In this document: positions 56,781 through 64,000 of the stretch, one piece after another
Layout: each line of letters opens with the position of its first letter
Position numbering within the stretch: the first letter of the stretch is position 1
DNA from: Eledone cirrhosa
Taxonomy: Eukaryota
NCBI GenBank assembly: GCA_964016885.1
Contig: OZ024741.1
Coordinates: 263,314,001-263,378,000, forward strand
DNA length: 64,000 nt
Direction: 5' to 3'
The notes under the pieces: model-generated
The model's input: the letters and a program-made list of their open reading frames with translations, nothing else
Told to the model about the DNA's origin: nothing
Databases searched by the model: none
Program-made: the position numbers and the translations under genes

Positions 56781-58689
56781 GAGTGGGTGAATGTGGACTG
56801 TGTAGTGATATTGTATTATGACCTGCTACATGATTTGGAGTGGGTGAATGTGGACTGTGTAGTGATATAGTATTATGACCTTCACGTGATTTGGAGTGGG
56901 TGAATGTGGACTGTGTAGTGATATAGTATTATGACCTGCTACATGATTTGGAGTGGGTGAATGTGGACTGTGTAGTGATATAGTATTATGACCTGCTACA
57001 TGATTTGGAGTGGGTGAATGTGGACTGTGTAGTGATATAGTATTATGACCTGCTACATGATTTGGAGTGGGTGAATGTGGACTGTGTAGTGATATAGTAT
57101 TATGACCTGCTACATGATTTGGAGTGGGTGAATGTGGACTGTGTAGTGATATAGTGTTATGACCTTCACGTGATTTGGAGTGGGTGAATGTGGACTGTGT
57201 AGTGATATAGTATTATGACCTGCTACATGATTTGGAGTGGGTGGATGTGGACTGTGTAGTGATATAGTATTATGACCTTCACGTGATTTGGAGTGGGTGT
57301 ATGTGGACTGTGTAGTGATATAGTATTATGACCTACTACGTGATTTGGAGTGGGTGAATGTGGACTGTGTAGTGATATAGTATTATGACCTGCTACATGA
57401 TTTGGAGTGGGTGAATGTGGACTGTGTAGTGATATAGTATGATGACCTGCGGCATGATTTGGAGTGGGTGAATGTGGAATGTGTAGTGATATAGTATTAT
57501 GACCTGCTACATGATTTGGAGTGGGTGAATGTGGACTGTGTAGTGATATAGTATTATGACCTATCACATGATTTGGAGTGGGTGAATGTGGACTGTGTAG
57601 TGATATAGTATTATGACCTGTCACATGATTTGGAGTGGGTGAATGTGGACTGTGTAGTGATATAGTATTATGACCTGCTACGTGATTTGGAGTGGGTGAA
57701 TGTGGACTGTGTAGTGATATAGTATTATGACCTTCACGTGATTTGGAGTGGGTGAATGTGGACTGTGTAGTGATATAGTGTTATGACCCGCTACATGATT
57801 TGGAGTGGGTGAATGTGGACTGTGTAGTGATATAGTATTATGACCTGTCACGTGATTTGGAGTGGGTGAATGTGGACTGTGTAGTGATATAGTATTATGA
57901 CCTGACACATGATTTGGAGTGGGTGAATGTGGACTGTGTAGTGATATAGTATTATGACCTGTCACGTGATTTGGAGTGGGTGAATGTGGACTGTGTAGTG
58001 ATACAGTGTTATGACCTGCTACATGATTTGGAGTGGGTGAATGTGGACTGAGTAGTGATATAGTATTATGACCTATCACGTGATTTGGAGTGGGTGAATG
58101 TGGACTGTGTAGTGATATAGTATTATGACCTTCGACATGATTTGGAGTGGGTGAATGTGGACTGTGTAGTGATATAGTATTATGACCTTCACGTGATTTG
58201 GAGTGGGTGAATGTTGACTGTGTAATGATATAGTATTATGACCTTCTACATGATTTGGAGTGGGTGAATGTGGACTGTGTAGTGATATAGTATTATGACC
58301 TGCTTCATGATTTGGAGTGGGTGAATGTGGACTGTGTAGTGATATAGTATTATGACCTGACACATGATTTGGAGTGGGTGAATGTGGACTGTGTAGTGAT
58401 ATAGTATTATGACCTGTCACGTTATTTGGAGTGGGTGAATGTGGACTGTGTAGTGATATAGTGTTATGACCTACTACATGATTTGGAGTGGGTGAATGTG
58501 GACTGTGTAGTGATATAGTGTTTTGACCTGCTACATGATTTGGAGTGGGTGAATGTGCACTGTGTAGTGATATAGTGTTTTGACCTTCACGTGATTTGGA
58601 GTGGGTGAATGTAGACTGTGTAGTGATATAGTATTATGACCTGCTACATGATTTGGAGTGGGTGAATGTGGACTGTGTAGTGATATAGT

Positions 58690-61600
58690 ATTATGACCTT
58701 CACGTGATTTGGAGTGGGTGAATGTGGACTGTGTAGTGATATAGTATTATGACCTTCACGTGATTTGGAGTGGGTGAATGTGGACTGTGTAGTGATATAG
58801 TATTATGATCTGCTACATGATTTGGAGTGGGTGAATGTGGACTGTGTAGTGATATAGTATTATGACCTGCTACATGATTTGGAGTGGGTGAATGTGGACT
58901 GTGTAGTGATATAGTATTATGACCTGCTACATGATTTGGAGTGGGTGAATGTGGACTGTGTAGTGATATAGTATTATGACCTGCTAGATGATTTGGAGTG
59001 GGTGAATGTGGACTGTGTAGTGATATAGTATTATGACCTTCACGTGATTTGGAGTGGGTGAATGTGGACTGTGTAGTGATATAGTATTATGACCTGCTAC
59101 ATGATTTGGAGTGGGTGAATGTGGACTGTGTAGTGATATAGTATTATGACCTGCTACATGATTTGGAGTGGGTGAATGTGGACTGTGTAGTGATAAAGTA
59201 TTATGACCTGCTACATGATTTGGAGTGGGTGAATGTGGACTGTGTAGTGATATAGTATTATGACCTGCTACATGATTTGGAGTGGGTGAATGTGGACTGT
59301 GTAGTGATATAGTGTTATGACCTTCACGTGATTTGGAGTGGGTGAATGTGGACTGTGTAGTGATATAGTATTATGACCTGCTACATGATTTGGAGTGGGT
59401 GAATGTGGACTGTGTAGTGATATAGTATTATGACCTTCACGTGATTTGGAGTGGGTGAATGTGGACTGTGTAGTGATATAGTGTTATGACCTGCTACATG
59501 ATTTGGAGTGGGTGAATGTGGACTGAGTAGTGATATAGTATTATGACCTATCACGTGATTTGGAGTGGGTGAATGTGGACTGTGTAGTGATATAGTATTA
59601 TGACCTTCTACATGATTTGGAGTGGGTGAATGTGGACTGTGTAGTGATATAGTATTATGACCTGCTACATGATTTGGAGTGGGTGAATGTGGACTGTGTA
59701 GTGATATAGTATTATGACCTGACACATGATTTGGAGTGGGTGAATGTGGACTGTGTAGTGATATAGTATTATGACCTGTCACGTTATTTGGAGTGGGTGA
59801 ATGTGGACTGTGTAGTGATATAGTGTTATGACCTACTACATGATTTGGAGTGGGTGAATGTGGACTGTGTAGTGATATAGTATTATGACCTTCACGTGAT
59901 TTGGAGTGGGTGAATGTGGACTGTGTAATGATATAGTATTATGACCTGTCACATGATTTGGAGTGGGTGAATGTGGACTGTGTAGTGATATAGTATTATG
60001 ACCTGCTACATGATTTGGAGTGGGTGAATGTGGACTGTGTAGTGATATAGTGTTATGACCTACTACATGATTTGGAGTGGGTGAATGTGGACTGTGTAGT
60101 GATATAGTATTATGACCTGCTACATGATTTGGAGTGGGTGAATGTGGACTGTGTAGTGATATAGTGTTATGACCTACTACATGATTTGGAGTGGGTGAAT
60201 GTGGACTGTGTAGTGATATAGTATTATGACCTTCACGTGATTTGGAGTGGGTGAATGTGGACTGTGTAGTGATATAGTATTATGACCTTCACGTGATTTG
60301 GAGTGGGTGAATGTGGACTGTGTAGTGATATAGTATTATGATCTGCTACATGATTTGGAGTGGGTGAATGTGGACTGTGTAGTGATATAGTATTATGACC
60401 TGCTACATGATTTGGAGTGGGTGAATGTGGACTGTGTAGTGATATAGTATTATGACCTGCTACATGATTTGGAGTGGGTGAATGTGGACTGTGTAGTGAT
60501 ATAGTATTATGACCTGCTAGATGATTTGGAGTGGGTGAATGTGGACTGTGTAGTGATATAGTATTATGACCTTCACGTGATTTGGAGTGGGTGAATGTGG
60601 ACTGTGTAGTGATATAGTATTATGACCTGCTACATGATTTGGAGTGGGTGAATGTGGACTGTGTAGTGATATAGTATTATGACCTGCTACATGATTTGGA
60701 GTGGGTGAATGTGGACTGTGTAGTGATAAAGTATTATGACCTGCTACATGATTTGGAGTGGGTGAATGTGGACTGTGTAGTGATATAGTATTATGACCTG
60801 CTACATGATTTGGAGTGGGTGAATGTGGACTGTGTAGTGATATAGTGTTATGACCTTCACGTGATTTGGAGTGGGTGAATGTGGACTGTGTAGTGATATA
60901 GTATTATGACCTGCTACATGATTTGGAGTGGGTGGATGTGGACTGTGTAGTGATATAGTATTATGACCTTCACGTGATTTGGAGTGGGTGAATGTGGACT
61001 GTGTAGTGATATAGTGTTATGACCTGCTACATGATTTGGAGTGGGTGAATGTGGACTGAGTAGTGATATAGTATTATGACCTATCACGTGATTTGGAGTG
61101 GGTGAATGTGGACTGTGTAGTGATATAGTATTATGACCTTCTACATGATTTGGAGTGGGTGAATGTGGACTGTGTAGTGATATAGTATTATGACCTGCTA
61201 CATGATTTGGAGTGGGTGAATGTGGACTGTGTAGTGATATAGTATTATGACCTGACACATGATTTGGAGTGGGTGAATGTGGACTGTGTAGTGATATAGT
61301 ATTATGACCTGTCACGTTATTTGGAGTGGGTGAATGTGGACTGTGTAGTGATATAGTGTTATGACCTACTACATGATTTGGAGTGGGTGAATGTGGACTG
61401 TGTAGTGATATAGTATTATGACCTTCACGTGATTTGGAGTGGGTGAATGTGGACTGTGTAATGATATAGTATTATGACCTGTCACATGATTTGGAGTGGG
61501 TGAATGTGGACTGTGTAGTGATATAGTATTATGACCTGCTACATGATTTGGAGTGGGTGAATGTGGACTGTGTAGTGATATAGTGTTATGACCTACTACA

Positions 61601-61720
61601 TGATTTGGAGTGGGTGAATGTGGACTGTGTAGTGATATAGTATTATGACCTGCTACATGATTTGGAGTGGGTGAATGTGGACTGTGTAGTGATATAGTGT
61701 TATGACCTACTACATGATTT
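58690..61720. repeat. Tandem duplication, period 1533 bp (~27 monomers)
   Basis: CTGCTAGATG 58981/60514, GATAAAGT ~59192/60725 and ORFs 59381/60914 are all +1533. Confidence 0.92.
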
Positions 61721-64000
61721 GGAGTGGGTGAATGTGAACTGTGTAGTGATATAGTATTATGAACTGCTACATGATTTGGAGTGGGTGAATGTGGACTGTG
61801 TAGTGATATAGTGTTATGACCAACTACATGATTTGGAGTGGGTGAATGTGGACTGTGTAGTGATATAGTATTATGACCTGCTACATGAGTTGGAGTGGGT
61901 GAATGTGGACTGTGTAGTGATATAGTATTATGACCTGCTACATGATTTGGAGTGGGTGAATGTGGACTGTGTAGTGATATATTGTTATGACCTACTACAT
62001 GATTTGGAGTGGGTGAATGTGGACTGTGTAGTGATATAGTGTTATGACCTACTACATGATTTGGAGTGGGTTAATGTGGACTGTGTAGTGATATAGTGTT
62101 ATGACCTACTACATGATTTGGAGTGGGTGAATGTGGACTGTGTAGTGATATAGTATTATGACCTGCTACATGATTTGGAGTGGGTGAATGTGGACTGTGT
62201 AGTGATATAGTATTATGACCTGCTACATGATTTGGAGTGGGTGAATGTGGACTGTGTAGTGATATAGTGTTATGACCTACTACATGATTTGGAGTGGGTG
62301 AATGTGGACTGTGTAGTGATATAGTATTATGACCTGCTACATGATTTGGAGTGGGTGAATGTGGACTGTGTAGTGATATAGTGTTATGACCTACTACATG
62401 ATTTGGAGTGGGTGAATGTGGACCGTGTAGTGATATAGTGTTATGACCTACTACATGATTTGGAGTGGGTGAATGTGGACTGTGTAGTGATATAGTGTTA
62501 TGACCTACTACATGATTTGGAGTGGGTGAATGTGGACTGTGTAGTGATATAGTATTATGACCTGCTACATGATTTGGAGTGGGTGAATGTGGACTGTGTA
62601 GTGATATAGTATTATGACCTTCACGTGATTTGGAGTGGGTGAATGTGGACTGTGTAGTGATATAGTGTTTTGACCTGCTACATGATTTGGAGTGGGTGAA
62701 TGTGGACTGTGTAGTGATATAGTGTTATGACCTTCACGTGATTTGGAGTGGGTGAATGTGGACCGTGTAGTGATATAGTATTATGACCTGCTACATGATT
62801 TGGTGTGGGTGAATGTGGACTGTGTAGTGATATAGTGTTTTGACCTGCTACATGATTTGGAGTGGGTGAATGTGGACTGTGTAGTGATATAGTATTATGA
62901 CCTGCTACATGATTTGGAGTGCGTGAATGTGGACTGTGTAGTGATATAGTATTATGACCTGCTACATGATTTGGAGTGGGTGACGGTGGACTGTGTAGTG
63001 ATATAGTATTATGACCTTCACGTGATTTGGAGTGGGTGAATGTGGACTGTGTAGTGATATAGTGTTATGACCTGCTACATGATTTGGAGTGGGTGAATGT
63101 GGACTGTGTAGTGATATAGTATTATGACCTGTCACGTGATTTGGAGTGGGTGAATGTGGACTGTGTAGTGATATAGTATTATGACCTGACACATGATTTG
63201 GAGTGGGTGAATGTGGACTGTGTAGTGATATAGTATTATGACCTGCTACATGATTTGGTGTGGGTGAAAGTGGACTGTGTAGTGATATAGTGTTTTGACC
63301 TGCTACATGATTTGGAGTGGGTGAATGTGGACTGTGTAGTGATATAGTATTATGACCTGCTACATGATTTGGAGTGGGTGAATGTGGACTGTGTAGTGAT
63401 ATAGTGTTATGACCTGCTACATGATTTGGAGTGGGTGAATGTGGACTGTGTAGTGATATAGTGTTTTGACCTGCTACATGATTTGGAGTGGGTGAATGTG
63501 GACTGTGTAGTGATATAGTGTTTTGACCTTCACGTGATTTGGAGTGGGTGAATGTAGACTGTGTAGTGATATAGTATTATGACCTGCTACATGATTTGGA
63601 GTGGGTGAATGTGGACTGTGTAGTGATATAGTATTATGACCTTCACGTGATTTGGAGTGGGTGAATGTGGACTGTGTAGTGATATAGTATTATGACCTTC
63701 ACGTGATTTGGAGTGGGTGAATGTGGACTGTGTAGTGATATAGTATTGTGATCTGCTACATGATTTGGAGTGGGTGAATGTGGACTGTGTAGTGATATAG
63801 TATTATGACCTGCTACATGATTTGGAGTGGGTGAATGTGGACTGTGTAGTGATATAGTATTATGACCTGCTACATGATTTGGAGTGGGTGAATGTGGACT
63901 GTGTAGTGATATAGTATTATGACCTGCTACATGATTTGGAGTGGGTGAATGTGGACTGTGTAGTGATATAGTATTATGACCTTCACGTGATTTGGAGTGG

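Larger units (their letters stand above)
1..64000. repeat. 57-bp tandem satellite array (~1,125 monomers, single orientation, runs off both window edges)
   Basis: The unit ATGATTTGGAGTGGGTGAATGTGGACTGTGTAGTGATATAGTRTTATGACCTGCTAC recurs continuously, e.g. 23-78 (56-bp type), 79-135 and 136-192. No non-repeat sequence was seen. Consensus composition is A14 T20 G18 C5. Confidence 0.99.

Noticed and set aside
529-63192. The minus-strand ORFs of 76-285 aa as protein-coding genes
   Set aside because: All are translations of the satellite. Starts are internal GTG codons, ends are nearly all set by the 56-bp frameshift monomer, and there is no unique domain or gene context. Kept only as a possible-origin hypothesis.
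1-64000. CRISPR array (constant repeat plus variable part)
   Set aside because: The variable part is only ~6-7 bp drawn from a handful of recurring states, not unique spacers. There is no leader and no cas gene.
1-64000. Diversity-generating or recombinase cassette system (DGR, integron, shufflon, antigenic-variation cassettes)
   Set aside because: There is no reverse transcriptase, recombinase, inversion or cassette content. Tandem duplication and point mutation explain the variation.
1-64000. Canonical telomeric repeat, or alpha satellite with CENP-B box
   Set aside because: There is no TTAGGG-type short unit, no resemblance to alpha satellite beyond the 171-bp multiple, and no TTCG....A..CGGG box. 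The rare TTCG variants (~1788, ~30449) do not complete it.
1-64000. Whole array as a sequencing artefact (rolling-circle or concatemer)
   Set aside because: Hierarchically shared and private variants at many different periods indicate real evolutionary history. Individual duplications still need read validation.

Overview
The whole 64 kb window is one uninterrupted, head-to-tail 57-bp tandem satellite array of roughly 1,125 monomers (estimated from length). The + strand consensus is ATGATTTGGAGTGGGTGAATGTGGACTGTGTAGTGATATAGTRTTATGACCTGCTAC, about 40% GC with a strong G-over-C skew. I see no unique sequence, inversion, transposon, RNA gene, CRISPR array or credible gene; every ORF in the track is a translation of the repeat. 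The structure of interest is internal. (1) Common variation is concentrated in one ~7-bp slot after TGACC plus one linked A/G, giving a small alphabet of monomer types that includes a frequent 56-bp type and a rarer 58-bp type. (2) Rare marker variants reveal nested and overlapping tandem duplications with periods of 1308, 1533, 2159, 2388, 3582, 5234, 5802 and 10,577/10,634 bp, and a haplotype change near 44.2 kb. (3) The minus strand reads as an open 19-codon His/Ser/Pro/Thr-rich repeat in which three common SNPs are synonymous, a possible hint of coding origin, although the 56-bp monomer frameshifts it every few units. (4) The variable slot toggles E-box (CACGTG) and extended nuclear-receptor (TNAAGGTCA) motifs. 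This looks like eukaryotic satellite DNA; I cannot name the family or organism. Duplication offsets were counted by hand from marker and ORF coordinates, and breakpoints are approximate to about 1-2 monomers.
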